A stretch of 64,000 nt of DNA, from the NCBI GenBank assembly GCA_964016885.1, contig OZ024744.1, forward strand, positions 69,068,001 to 69,132,000, written 5' to 3'. This document shows, one piece after another, positions 1 to 15,115 of this stretch. The translations under genes were made by a program, and so were the position numbers. Positions within the stretch are counted from its first letter, which is position 1; each line of letters opens with the position of its first letter. This DNA is from Eledone cirrhosa. Taxonomy: Eukaryota. The notes below the pieces were generated by a model. That model saw only the letters and a list, made by a program, of their open reading frames with translations. It did not search any database and was not told where the DNA came from.

Positions 1-115
1 TTACAGGGCTTTGCATTCTGGAGCCACTTTTCTCTGTATAAAATGTATAAAAGGTAGGAAATTTACCCATCTCATTACAGTTGAAAATTGCAAACTCGAC
101 TGTCACCACATATCA

Positions 116-154
116 TGAACCTGAAGATTGCGAAAGCATGAAAGTACTTGTTCA
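116..154 (+). ncRNA. Minimal type I hammerhead ribozyme
   Basis: TGAAC-CTGAAGA-TTGC(gaaa)GCAT-GAAA-GTAC-TT-GTTCA, with palindromic GTAC in place of helix III. Confidence 0.78.
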
Positions 155-268
155 ATTAACACTTAGAATTTAATATTCTATCATACTATTTCATTATAAT
201 ACCATTATATATATTTTAAAGGATTGTAAATAAAACGAGTAAATCAGACAAAGTTGGAATTCCTCTTA

Positions 269-356
<88 letters not shown>

Positions 357-670
357 GGTATATATATATAAGTACATATATATATATATATATGTATATA
401 TATGTATATATATATATGTATATATATATGTATATATATATATGTATATAATTAAGTTAAAAATGTACATCCATATATGTATACTGAAATACTAGTATGC
501 ATATGAATACACACACGTATACATATGTAGATGTACCAAGTCTTTCACTGGTTACTTTACTGTGAGTATCCAGCTATTCTGTATGTAAACACACAGACAA
601 ACCGGTTTTTAGAGTCATACTGGTTTTTGAGGAAACACCTTTCCTCTATTCTCCAGAAAGCCAGACAAGG

Positions 671-715
671 AATATTGAACTAGTTTCGTTGTTGTTACAA
701 CTCATCAGCAATATT
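671..715 (-). ncRNA. Minimal type I hammerhead ribozyme
   Basis: AATATTG-CTGATGA-GTTGT(aaca)ACAAC-GAAA-CTAG-TT-CAATATT. Helix I extends through ATTCTCCAGAAAG/CTTTCTGGAGAAT. Confidence 0.85.
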
Positions 716-798
716 TACCTATCTACCGGCCTTTCTGGAGAATCGTAAAAGCACATATCGTTATATGCTTTTTCTATGAAAATTAGTATATGTATATA

Positions 799-1039
<241 letters not shown>

Positions 1040-1129
1040 ATTAACACTCGGAGGTAAAATTCCATTTCACTACGCCCCCCCCCCCCCTCCTCTTATGTAT
1101 ACACATGAATATCTGAGTAAACGGTGAGA

Positions 1130-1200
1130 CACACACATATATGTGTGTAGGGATGTATGGATGTATGTACGTGTGGGTATATATGTATGTGGGTGTGTGA

Positions 1201-1278
<78 letters not shown>

Positions 1279-1667
1279 ATGTGTGTATATATGTGTATAT
1301 GTACATGTATGTATGTGTATGATTGTATATATATGTGTGTATATGTATATATATATATATATATATATGGAATGATATGTATGTTTATGTGTGTGTGTAT
1401 GTATGTGTATGTACCTATATATATATGTGTGTGTGTATGTGCATATATGTATATATGTGTGTACATGTGTATGTTTCTGTTTGTGTATATGTATGTATGT
1501 ATGTAGATGTATGTGTATATATATGTATTTATATGTATATATATGTGTATGTGTATATGTGTCTTTATGTGCTCGTGTGTACGCACATATATATATGTAT
1601 ATATGTATGTGTGTATGTATGTGTGTGTATGTGTATATATATGTATATATATATATGTATGTATATA

Positions 1668-1709
<42 letters not shown>

Positions 1710-1771
1710 CATGTATGTTTATGTATGTATGTGTGTATGTATGTACTTGTATGTGTATGTGTATGTATGTG

Positions 1772-1802
<31 letters not shown>

Positions 1803-1940
1803 GTGTGTATATATATGTATATGGATATATATGTATGTGTATATGTATGTGTATATGTGTGTATGTGTCTGTATGTGTTTATGTGTACATATATGTATGT
1901 GTATATGTATGTATATATATGTATATATATGTATATATAG

Positions 1941-2010
<70 letters not shown>

Positions 2011-2578
2011 CTGCCTCTCTCTTTATATGTGTATATATATAGATGTATGTGTGTATGTGTATGTGTGTATGCATGTATGTGTGAACGGAGGGGTATATAT
2101 ACGGACATATGTATGTGTGTGTGTGTGTGTATACACGTGCGTGTGTGTGTGTGTGTGTATGTGTGTGTGTATGTGTGCGTGTATGTGTATATATGTATAT
2201 TTAGTTATGTATCTTTATGTGTGTATATGTATGTATATGTATGTATTTATATGTATGTATATATGTATATATATATATATATGTGTGTGTGTATATATAT
2301 TTATATGTGTATGTGTATATGTATGTATATATATATATATATATGTGTATGTATTTATGTATATATGTATATATATATATATATATACCCATGTGGAGGT
2401 AAGAGTACATATTCGTGTGTGTACGTATGTGTATGTGTGTTTTTATATGTGTCTCTATATGTTTTTGTGTATGTATGTGGATGTATTTGTACATGGGTGT
2501 GTGATTGATGGTGTGTGCCCATATATTCCTACATATGCCCGTGTGTGTATGTACGTATATGCGCACATATGTGTGTGT
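1130..2578. repeat. Degenerate (TA)/(TG)/(TATG) low-complexity tract
   Basis: Direct reading. Confidence 0.95.
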
Positions 2579-3519
2579 TGAACAAAGGACTAACTTTGGG
2601 ATGGACGTAGAAAAATTCTTCAGGAGAAAAAAAGAAAAAAATAATTATTCACAAACATGACAGGTGCGATTTGCCTGTGACCATTCTCAACACAAAAGCA
2701 ATACTAAAAGCTTTTTCCCCTGAATAAAGGAATTTTTCGAGAATGACCGGGGCAGGCCGCACTTGCTACATTTCTTCCCACCCAACCCTACTCACCGTCT
2801 CAACTCATTACTGCTATTAACACTTTTTCAACACACCTACACCCATGCACTTATTAAAGGGGGAGAAAAGAAACCCCCACCACACCACAGACATGTTAAA
2901 TCCCTATATATAGAACAACACACTACATACACATCAGTTTGACAAGCGCACCTCAGCGTGAAAGGTCTTTCTAAAAACGAAACAATACCTCCTACGTTAA
3001 CCAAGAACTCCTAAGACTTAACCAACAACCAACAACTTAATTTATAAAATAATTTTTTTAAGAAAAATTCTTTTTGGATTTTGTGAAGAAAATAAATTTG
3101 TTGAAAGCACAAGTGAAGCCATTTTTTCTTCCCCCCTGTCTTAATATACCTAACTGTACCAAGGATTACACACATTTTCCAATATATATGTATATATATA
3201 CACAAATAAAGATTCAGCGAGAATCGCATTTTCGGCGGGCAGGAAAAGCGAAGCAAAACGCAAAAATCAGAAATGATACTGGCAAAGTGCTCAATAGTTA
3301 AAAACCAGAGCAAACAATGTGTTAAGAAGCCATATAAAACTGAAAAGGCGGTCAAGAAGGCATTGACCACCCAAGAGAGAGAGAGAGAGAGAGTGAGAGA
3401 TAGAGAGAGAGGGAGAGAGAGAGAGGGAGAGAGAGAGAGAGAGATTTGAAAAGGGTTGAAAAGTTTCACATACAAAAATGGTAATAGTTAAAAAGTGAAG
3501 GTGAAAATACACGGAAGTA

Positions 3520-3548
3520 TCTATCTATATACTACTAAAACACCGTGA

Positions 3549-3580
<32 letters not shown>

Positions 3581-3892
3581 CTGTAATGTAATACAGACAA
3601 AAGGGCGCATGGTGGGAAAATACTTTGAAAGGACGTTGACCCTAAAATGGAATACAAATGGAATAAAACAAATTTCGCGTAAAACGGAGCACGGATTCCC
3701 GAGATACAGGGTTATTCCGGGTACTGTATATATCACAGACATCCACATATATATATATATATATACACACACATGCATATATATCTATACACACACACAA
3801 CCACACACACACGCACACACGCACACACACACGCACACGCACACACACGCACACACACGCACACGCGCGCACACGCGCGCACACACACACAC

Positions 3893-3960
<68 letters not shown>

Positions 3961-4126
3961 TTATACGGATACATAGATACATATATATATATATGGGCCT
4001 TCCAGTTTCATTGCACATTATATACATGTCTGTGTATATTTTAATTATTTAAAAATTATTTTCAAGTGAACATGATTTGAAAAAGATTAAAAGTAAACGT
4101 GACCCAACGGGTCACTGGTGGTCTAG
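3520..4126 (+). mobile_element. Non-autonomous Helitron-like element
   Basis: A|TC 5' end (TCTATCTATATACTACTAAAA), a (TGCT)n tract, a 3' hairpin GTGACCC-aac-GGGTCAC and a CTAG|T end. Confidence 0.7.
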
Positions 4127-5155
<1,029 letters not shown>

Positions 5156-5521
5156 TATTTAAATAATATTTTTTCTTTAATCCGAGAGAATGTTGCATTA
5201 GATATAACCGGTTTCGAATGGTATAACAATCTTATCAAATATTAGATATTAAATAATTATTATTTAAAAAATGTTTTTCAAATGTTTTCTGTGCACAATT
5301 TGAATATATCTAATAAGATTGTTATACCAACCGAAACTAGTTATATTTAATTTAACAATTACAAAATTATTCATTCTGTTAGATTTAAAAAAATATAATC
5401 TTTAAATATACTTCTGTGCATTTTCACATAGACTATATATACGTTTGTGTGTGTGTGTGTACGTGTGTGTGTGTGTGTGTCTGAGTGTGTTTGTGTAAGT
5501 ATGTATGTATATATATATATG

Positions 5522-5632
<111 letters not shown>

Positions 5633-5640
5633 ATAATAAT

Positions 5641-6140
5641 ATTGAGAAGTGGTATGAGCATAAGCCAGAGTCGGTGATGGAAAACGATCAGGTGAAGGTG
5701 CTGTGGGATTTTAGGATACAGACGGACAAGAAACTGGAACACAATAGACCTGACCTGGTGGTTTTGGACAAGGGAAATAGATCGTGGCTGATTGTGGATG
5801 TGGCCTGCCCATTCGACATGAGAGTGCAAGAGAAGGGGAGGGAGAAAATTAACCGATACCAGGACTTAAAGTGGGAGGTAAAAAGGATTTGGAACTGCCA
5901 TGAAGTCAAACTGGTCCCGATTGTCATAGGCGCACTAGGTACTATCTCAAAGAGTTTCCAAGGATGGTTAAAGAAAATTGGTCCCGCCCCGCTTTTTGGA
6001 ACACTTCAAAAGGCATGCTTGCTGGGAACAGCAAGAACCCTTCGATACGTCCTGAATACCTGAGGCTGCAGGTAGTGGCTTGAAATTCATTTAAACAAAC
6101 TTTCCAGTTAAATAACATCAATGACTGAGACTCAAAGAAC

Positions 6141-6212
<72 letters not shown>
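5641..6212 (+). mobile_element. 3' end of an R4/Dong-like non-LTR retrotransposon (restriction-like endonuclease) in a (TAA)n tract
   Basis: ORF 5674..6063: [20 protein letters not shown]...IVDVACPFD...EKINRYQDL...VPIVIGALG...LQKACLLGTA. (TAA)n on both sides, the known Dong target. Confidence 0.85.
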
Positions 6213-6497
6213 TGTTTCTACTTTTGGCACAAGGCCAGCAATTACCCAATGCATTACTGGTACTTTATTCTATCGACCCAGGAAGGATGAAAGGCAATAA
6301 TAGTAATAATAATTGTTTCTACTATTAGCACAAGGCCAGCAATTACCCAGTGCATTACTAGTACTTTATTTTATCGACCCCGTAAGGATGAAAGCCAAAG
6401 TTAACCTCAGCGGGAATTGAACTCAGAATGGCAAGGGCCGTAACTCTATACGTCAAAGCATGGCGTCCGACCCTCTACCGATACTGCCAATCCATCG
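6210..6497 (-). mobile_element. Same SINE family (partial plus full copy)
   Basis: Aligns with 32616-32800. Confidence 0.8.
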
Positions 6498-6499
6498 CT

Positions 6500-7100
6500 A
6501 GTAATAATAATGATTTCTTTATTGGCCACAAAGGCTGACATCAAGAAAAACATTACAGACGGCACAGGACGGTAGAGGACGGTACGATGTGGGTTTTGTG
6601 CGTGTAAAGATTTTTGTTATTTATATAAGAAAAGAAAAAAGACATAGAAACATATATATAAACAATAAAAATGAAAATTGAAACAAATAAAAATTCCCCA
6701 ATAGGGGGGAAACCTCCGAGGGTTACTCGTGGCGAAAACCACACAAAAGACCACGGCCACCCTGACCACCAGGGCAAGCGCCCTCTCTCAATTTTTCCGT
6801 TTCTCAAACTACAGGCGTATATTCAGAGCGGTCCCGTTCACTCGGACCATTCTCGCTACATTCACCCACCTTTCAACAAACTTGCTAGAAAGTAGCACTT
6901 GCCTCTCCACCCTGATTTTCCTCTTCAAGTAAAACTTGAAAAAATTAATTAGGGATTCGACGAAGAGGAAAGTGTCTGTCTTTAACCCTTTCAACTTTGT
7001 CCACCACACAACCTCTTTCGCCATGGCCACCAGGCAGATGAAAACCGCCTGCCCTTCCTCCTCGAAGTAAGACTTCGAGACCATCTGCACAATGGACTCA
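6500..7100 (-). mobile_element. 3' end of a probable Tx1/L1-like LINE
   Basis: ORF end ...AMAKEVVWWT...KRKIRVER...FVERW, then a 3' UTR with AATAAA and an (ATT)n tail. Confidence 0.55.
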
Positions 7101-7103
7101 GAA

Positions 7104-9885
7104 GAATTTTGACATTACTGTGGGTTCGTCGGATTCGGCGCAAGTTACAGATCTTTTGGGCATTTTTATCCTTAACATGATAAATAGAAAATTGCCGGAG
7201 ATAACCGGAGGTTTATATAGGGACAACATACTATTTATTGTAGAAAAACATAACAATAGCGAATTAAATAGAGTAAAGAAAGTAATTATAGAATTTTTTT
7301 AAATTACGACCTGAAATTAGAAGTAGAAAATAATAATAAAATAGTTATTTTTTTAGATGTGACTCTAAATTTGAACTCAGGCCTTTATTATCCTCCCCAT
7401 AAAGTCAATGAGAACTTAAATTATGTTAGTTTTTATTCTAATCATCCTAAAAGTCTTAAGAATGCAATAGTTAACAGTGTACAACAACGAATATCCAGGC
7501 TGTCTGCTAATATTTAATAGTAAGGCTGTATATTATAATGAAGCCTCACATAAAGCTGGATATAACAATAATATTGAGTATATGGAAAAAAATACGGAAA
7601 ATAAAATTAATTATAATCACAGTAATCATAATAAAAATGAATATAAAAACAACTTGAATAAATCGAGGAAAATAATAAGAACTAGATCTATAATTTAGTA
7701 TGCTCCGCCAGCATCTTTAGCTATTAAAACACCTGTAGCACATTTAATTTTTAAAGCTTTGGATAAATGCTTCCCTAGGTCACATAAATATTACTCTATC
7801 TTCAATAGACATACAGTTAAACTTTCTTATTCAACAACTATGAATATTGCTCAAAATAATGCAAAAAACAAATAGTAAAAATCTTAATTTGAACCAACCT
7901 ATAATTAGCAATAATAACAATAATAATAACAATACATTAGTTAATGGGAATAACAATAATAGTTTAAATACTAATAATAGTAGAACACCTGTAAATAATA
8001 ATGTGAATAGTTTAAGGTCTGGAAATAACATTGAGAAGAAATGTAATTGTAGAAAGAAGTCCGAATGTCTTTACAAAATAATTGCCTTGACAAGAATATA
8101 GTATATAAATGTACCATTAAGACAAATAATAATATATATAACTACATAGGTGCCACTTCATCTAAATTTAAGGAACGCTGGTATAATCATAGACATTCTT
8201 TCAATAAACCAGATAAGAAATTTTCAACTTCACTTTCACAATTAGTATGGTCTTTAAAGGACAATAATATTAAATACTCCATCTCTTGGACGAAATTAAA
8301 GAATGCTGCTTCCTATCAGAACTCAACTATTTCGCAAATTTGCAATCTTTGTAACCTTGAGATTCTACAGATAATTACAAATTATGACAATTTAATCAAC
8401 AACAAAAAAATGAATTATTTAGTAATTGTCACCATATAATTGGTACAACATTCCAGGCAATGTATAAGTTTCGAAAAAATATTGACAATTAATAATTTAA
8501 ATATATATATATATAAGTTTTGCCTTCTTGTGGTAATAATTTATTGATATTTATATGTATTAGAATAATTCCATTAAGAGCCTCGTTATCCTATGCTTTG
8601 ATTAGGACAGTTCAATATTTAATTAGACATCAATTATGATATATACAATAGATGATTTATGGCTTTCGAAATATGGCTGGACGTGAGAGTAGAGATAAGT
8701 TATAAACGCTTGTATGGTGAATGAGTTATCTTCCTTTTGTTTACATTGTCCGTAAAAATTTCTTTTCTTTTTGACTAGCTTGCTAAAATATATTAAATAT
8801 GAAATATGTAGATTAATAATATATAGACTATCATTAAAAGGAAACTATATATCAAAATAAGTAAATACAGAAGTAAATATAACTTTTCATTAAATTAATG
8901 AAATAAAATTTTTGAGAGTAAATATAACTACAGTTTAATCCTAGGAATTAAATGAAAATTAAAGAATAGTAAAGATTTTATAAAGAGAATATCCTAATTA
9001 AATTAAATAATTTGGGTAATAAATGATCTAAATATATTATATGTATGGATGATGATATATGCATGGTATTATATTTTAATACATATTTAATAATTATTTA
9101 AATACGCTTTAAAGATGAATTCTTTTAAAGTTGTAACAAAATATTTTTAGAATATCTTACCTTAAAGTTAAAAATTATAATAATCTATAATAAGTTAAAT
9201 TAAATTATATAAATTTATAATTAAACTAAATATGTGATTGCTATAGAAAGTATTCTATACTGATTAATTTTGATATAATATATAAGTATAATTAGCTAAA
9301 GCATAATCAAATACAAGAGATATTATATTGTTTATATGAATAGATTTGATGTCTTATTTGATCTAACATTTGAAAACAACGATTTTTGTTTTTATCCCCC
9401 TGTATTCGATGTTCCCTTATTTTTCTTTATTTTTCTTTATCCCCCTTTGTTCCCTTTTACTTTCCCCACACATTCCCCCTCTTTTGTCGTTATTCCTCTT
9501 TTCTTTTTTATACATTTCTATTATTCATTCATCCATTTATTTTTTTATTCCTTTATCTATTTATGTATGTATTTATTTATTTATTTATTGCCTTTCCTCT
9601 TCTTTACACCCCGTCTTATATCTCTAATTCGCTCTACGCCCTTTTCTTCTTTAAGTTTATCATATTATTTGTGGTATAAAAACGTTGATATTTGATGAAA
9701 TAAATCACTGCCAATACTGGAATTGAATAATCAAGACCGTAACGGTATGTCATATATGAAATCATATATTTTGTCTGATGAGGACGTACTGAAAAAATAA
9801 CACAGTACCTTTGAAATATATATAATAAAGTATATATTTTGATTATGAGAATATTTTTCATTTGTTAATATTTTGAATAATATAT
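7104..9885 (+). mobile_element. 5'-truncated decayed Penelope-like element (Nematis-like) with a long AT-rich 3' region and an HHR-bearing pLTR
   Basis: FDITVGSSDSAQVTDLLG, GGLYRDN, KCNCRKK, NIVYKC...NYIGATSSKFKERWYNH. HHR at 9767-9832, ending at (TA)n. Confidence 0.85.
9767..9832 (+). ncRNA. Hammerhead ribozyme motif
   Basis: TATTTTGT-CTGATGA-GGACGTACTG...CAGTACCTTT-GAAA-TATATA-TA-ATAAAGTA. Homologous to 31738-31804. Confidence 0.6.
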
Positions 9886-9928
9886 ATGTTATATATATAT
9901 ATAGATATAGATATATATAGGAAAATGT

Positions 9929-10109
9929 ATGACCCCGACGGCAGAGCTGAAGGCGTTTCGACGGCTATTGCTGGAGAGAAGTAGCCGTCGAAACGGCTTC
10001 AGCTCTGCCGTCGGGGTCATATATTTTCCTATTACCCACTCTACTACCTTAAGTATTGAGTACTCTGGTGCGTTATGGTCAATCTGGTTCCTTACCACAA
10101 CTCCTTCGT

Positions 10110-10110
<1 letters not shown>
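9929..10110. mobile_element. GC-rich 92-bp hairpin (9929-10020) plus tail; pLTR-like family also at 34365-34452, 42530-42590, 45990-46070 and 48103-48190
   Basis: ATGACCCCGACGGCAGAGCTGAAG.../...CTTCAGCTCTGCCGTCGGGGTCAT. All copies sit next to TA runs. Confidence 0.65.
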
Positions 10111-10142
<32 letters not shown>

Positions 10143-10281
10143 ATGTGTGTATATATATATGTGTTTATGTGTATGTGTGTATATTTATGTATATGTATAT
10201 ATATCCCAGCATGGCCTCAGCCGGATGGCTGAAACAGGTAACAGTAAAAGAGTAATATATACAGAGAGAGAGAGAGGGGGG

Positions 10282-10347
<66 letters not shown>

Positions 10348-10604
10348 AATGAAATGAAATTTCATTTCTCACTCTTAGTACGGCAGATACTTAAATGTAA
10401 GTATGCATACGTACATACATATATGTATACAGACGTACAGTAGTATGTATATATATACATACATGCACACATATATATATATGTACGTATGGATTTACCG
10501 AACATTTATTATAATGTTTGGTTTGTTTGTAGACAAGCAGCCCAAATTAAGCCGTACAGTGTTCGGCAACCATCGTCGACCTTTAGTTCAACACTGACAA
10601 AGGA

Positions 10605-10647
10605 ACGATGAACTAGTTTCAAGCTTATTAGCTATCGTCAGCATCGT
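10605..10647 (-). ncRNA. Minimal type I hammerhead ribozyme
   Basis: ACGATG-CTGACGA-TAGCT(aata)AGCTT-GAAA-CTAG-TT-CATCGT. Confidence 0.85.
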
Positions 10648-11026
10648 ATACCTTCCTGTTAGAACGTTTGAAAGTATATACTTTCCTTATGCATATTAAC
10701 AGCTGAGTAGCCTAATTTGCATATCGAGTGAGTTAGTCGGCCGGGCGTACCGAAAACGATAAATGGAAAAGAATGAAATGAAATTTCATTTCTCACTCTT
10801 AGTACGGCAGATACTTAAATGTAAGTATGTATACGTACATACATATATGTATATAGACGTACAGTAGTATGTATATATATACATACATGCACACATATAT
10901 ATATGTACGTATGGATTTACCGAACATTTATTATAATGTTCAGTTTGTTTGTAAACAAACAGCCCAAATTAAGACGTACAGTGTTCGGCAACCATTGTCG
11001 GTTTTTTGCTCAACACTGACAAAGGA

Positions 11027-11069
11027 ACGATGAACTAGTTTCAAGCTTATTAGCTATCGTCAGCTTCGT
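11027..11069 (-). ncRNA. Minimal type I hammerhead ribozyme (second tandem copy)
   Basis: Same as 10605-10647, with one helix I mismatch. Confidence 0.8.
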
Positions 11070-11220
11070 ATACCTTCCTGTCAGATGATTGAACGTTTGA
11101 AAGTATATATTTTCCTTATGCATATTAACGGCTGAACAGCCTAATTTTCACATCGAGTGCCGGGCGTACCGAAAACGATAAATGGAAAAAATATCTATAT
11201 ATCTATATATATATATATAC

Positions 11221-11466
<246 letters not shown>

Positions 11467-11743
11467 GGTGTGTGTGTATTTGACGAATCAAAGAAAGGTA
11501 AAAAAAGAAAAACAAACCGTCTATTTTCTCTTTTACCTTTTCTCTCTCTCTCTCCCTCTCGCCCACTCTCCCTGTCTCTGTCTATATATATGTGTGTATG
11601 TGTATATATATATATACATATATATATACATATATATATACATATATATATATATGTATATATATACATATATATGTGTATATATACATATATATATATA
11701 TGTATATATATACATATATATATGTATATATATACATATATAT

Positions 11744-13043
11744 GACTAAAAACAAAACCTGTCAAAGGGCAAAGGAGCTCTTAAGAGTCAATGGCCATCC
11801 AAAATCACCGGGAGAGATGACCCCTTAGCCTTTGTCAAGGCAGAATTCTAGGAGAAGGAAAACTCTGATATAACACCTGCGACTCTGATGGTATCCAATG
11901 ATGTTGACTTGTTCTTCTTTTTGGTAAATATCATCTTGGTTAAGAGAGTGGGACTGGCTTTGTGCAGTGCCTTTGCTCACTATAAAAGCTTCACGGCACA
12001 GGCATTGCTTTATATCTGGAGATCGCTCTGCACTTGTCGTCACATGGTACCATGGGCCCAGCACTATGTGTCAATAATTGTCACAAGTGTAGTGTTTGTT
12101 CCAGAGTTTTCAAGTCGCTGGCTGGACTAAAAAGTCACACCCGTTCGGCGCATCGGTAGGGGTTCTCCTATATGGATATAAAGTAGTGGCCGTACTCGAA
12201 AACGAGTTGGCAGCCACCATATATGTATGTATATGTATATGTATGTGTATATATGTATATGTGTGTATATGTATATGTATATACACGTTATCATGTATGT
12301 ATGTCTATATATGTGTGTATATGTATATATATATATATGTGTATGTGTATGTATATATGTATGTATGTATATATATGTGCGTAATCGTGTATATATGTGT
12401 GTATATGTATATGTCAGGTCACCAGTTGGTGCTACTGGTAACATGTATTCCAGTACAACCTGTCTCATGGTCGGGTCGTTGGCGACTAAACTGGCAACCC
12501 CACCAAGGTTTCTTGGTGAGGAGGGTGACTTTGGACATCCTGCAGGACTAAAAACAAAACCTGTCAAAGGGCAAAGGAGCTCTTAAGAGTCAATGGCCAT
12601 CCAAAATCACCGGGAGAGATGACCCCTTAGCCTTTGTCAAGGCAGAATTCTAGGAGAAGGAAAACTCTGATATAACACCTGCAACTCTGATGGTATCCAA
12701 TGATGTTGACTTGTTCTTCTTTTTGGTAAATATCATCTTGGTTAAGAGAGTGGGACTGGCTTTGTGCAGTGCCTTTGCTCACTATAAAAGCTTCACGGCA
12801 CAGGCATTGCTTTATATCTGGAGATCTCTCTGCATTTGTCGTCACATGGTACCATGGGCCCAGCACTATGTGTCAATAATTGTCACAAGTGTAGTGTTTG
12901 TACCAGAGTTTTCAAGTCGCTGGCTGGACTAAAAAGTCACACTCGTTCAGCGCATCGGTAGGGGTTCTCCTACATGGATATAAAGTAGTGGCCGTACTCG
13001 AAAATGAGTTGGCAGCCACCATGTATGTATGTATGTATGTATG

Positions 13044-13077
<34 letters not shown>

Positions 13078-13402
13078 TGTGTGTGTATGTATGTGTGTAT
13101 ATATGTATCTATATATGTATGTATGTATGTATATGTGGATGTATGTATGTATGTGTGTATGTATGTATGTATATATATATATGTTCACGGCACAGGCATT
13201 GCTTTGTATCTGGAGATCTCTCTGCACTTGTCGTCACATGGTACCATGGGCCCAGCACTATGTGTCAATAGTTGTCACAGGTGTAGTGTTTATGCCAGAG
13301 TTTTCAAGTCGCTGGCTGGACTAAAAAGTCACGCTCGTTAGGGGTTTTCCTACATGGATATAAAGTAGTGGCCGTACTCGAAAACGAGTTGGCAGCCACC
13401 AT
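11744..13402 (+). repeat. Cluster of three copies of a ~480-600-bp non-coding repeat, each ending GAGTTGGCAGCCACCAT plus (TATG)n; other copies at 15905-16155 and (diverged) 47570-47830
   Basis: 11744-12220 is nearly identical to 12546-13022. Variable 5' truncation and a shared 3' tail suggest a retroposed non-autonomous element. Confidence 0.75.
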
Positions 13403-13569
13403 GTGTATATATATATACATATGTATTTAGGTTTGTTGGTTCACCACTGGATAGAATTGGTCATTCCGTATGGTCAATCTCCATGTAATATTATGGAGAG
13501 TACTCAACGTAATGCAGCTCACCCGTCTTCGTTTGTGTAGTTGGTGGTGCGAGTACGGAATTAATTATT

Positions 13570-13861
13570 ATAGTAAAATAACAGGAGGCTGGACTTGAAA
13601 GGTTTATTATACTATGATCATTTCAATGACCGGGTTCCGTATGAATCCGGTGATATCATCAGGTATTCGAAATATAGCAAAGGAATATAACTGACAAAAT
13701 CCATGGGACTGAAAATCATAAACAAGAGGACGACCGATCATCTAACATCTTCTACCTTAGTCGGTCGCCCTCAAGTGTTGGCCATTCGGTCTACTTATGA
13801 CCATCTGGTGAGGGGACAAAAGCTTATAATGTACTACTACCTTCCCGTCAAAGAGAAGAAA

Positions 13862-13894
<33 letters not shown>

Positions 13895-13913
13895 ATGAAA
13901 GAAAGAAAGAAAA

Positions 13914-13981
<68 letters not shown>

Positions 13982-15030
13982 CAGAAAGAAAGAAAGAAAG
14001 AAAGAAAGAAGAAAAGTCAGCGTTAAGGTCATGCTACAATCAGGCTAGAAATTGCCGCGAAAAATGTTTTTCCAAAGAACCTATATCTTAACAGAGGCAT
14101 AAAGTGAGTGTCTGTATGGTATAATGTGTGAACAGAAAATTGGAACGTTAAACTTATGTTTAGAGTTATAGGATGAAATTAAAGAATTAAAAACTTTTTT
14201 TTTAATTAAAAAAGTTTTAAAAAGTTTAAGGTTTGGGTTGTGAGATTTAGTTAAAGAATTTACAGAGAGAGTCGTATATGAAAAAGTTCAAGTGTATTAT
14301 AGAGATTCTCGATAAGTTTTCAGGGTGGGATATAGAGTAAAGATTAAGCCCTTGTTTAGCAGTCGACTAACACGCGACGACTGCAGACTCCGGTCAGCCC
14401 TTACTAACCACGTGTCAGCCGTTCCGAGTGATATCGTCTAGCGAAGTAGATGGAAATTAATTTTTCCGAGTACTCTAGGAATGTGGCTGTCTTAGGCTTC
14501 GGGTGTGTTATCGGGAAGTCTGCCATCGCCGTTAGGCCATCGCTCTACCAAACGAATACTATTAATTCACACAGGATGGGCATTTGTTTACGTGCCAGAA
14601 GAGGGAGGCATGATGCAGCTAATAGTTATGATTAAGCCTAGAATTTAAAGGTACTATATGGCGGTCAAAACTGGCGGCGCGGCGGGCCCCGGGGCGAAGC
14701 CATCCGCTCCGAGTAATTTCATTTACCGAAAGAAGGGAAAATTTATTTTTCCAAGCACTCAAGGAAGGCCTATGCACCAGAGCGCCAGGCGCGCAGCCGG
14801 AAAAGCCGCCACATCACCGGATCATCGCGTGTAACCAAACGATTATTATATATTCACACCCGTGATGTGAGGTTGAAAGTGGTAAAACCCGGTGAAATGC
14901 GCTGATAGACTATACTAGCTGACGTACCCAGCTTCGCCCGGGTAAACAGATGATAAGAGAAGACAGGTAAAAGAGAAAATGACTGTATTGGATGTTTGTC
15001 TGGTTACAGTATGAGGCGACTTTCTGTTTT

Positions 15031-15115
<85 letters not shown>

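Larger units (their letters stand above)
10342..11190 (-). mobile_element. Tandem dimer of a ~422-bp non-coding unit, one HHR per unit (non-LTR retrozyme-like)
   Basis: Units start at 10342 and 10766 (GAAAAGAATGAAATGAAATTTC...). Bounded by (GA)n and (TA)n. Confidence 0.75.

Noticed and set aside
2935-2975. Degenerate HHR-like motifs here and near 5306, 15632, 17885, 20872, 27103, 42201, 51696 and 61140
   Set aside because: Core mutated, or helix I/III missing. Plausible decayed copies, but not supportable individually.
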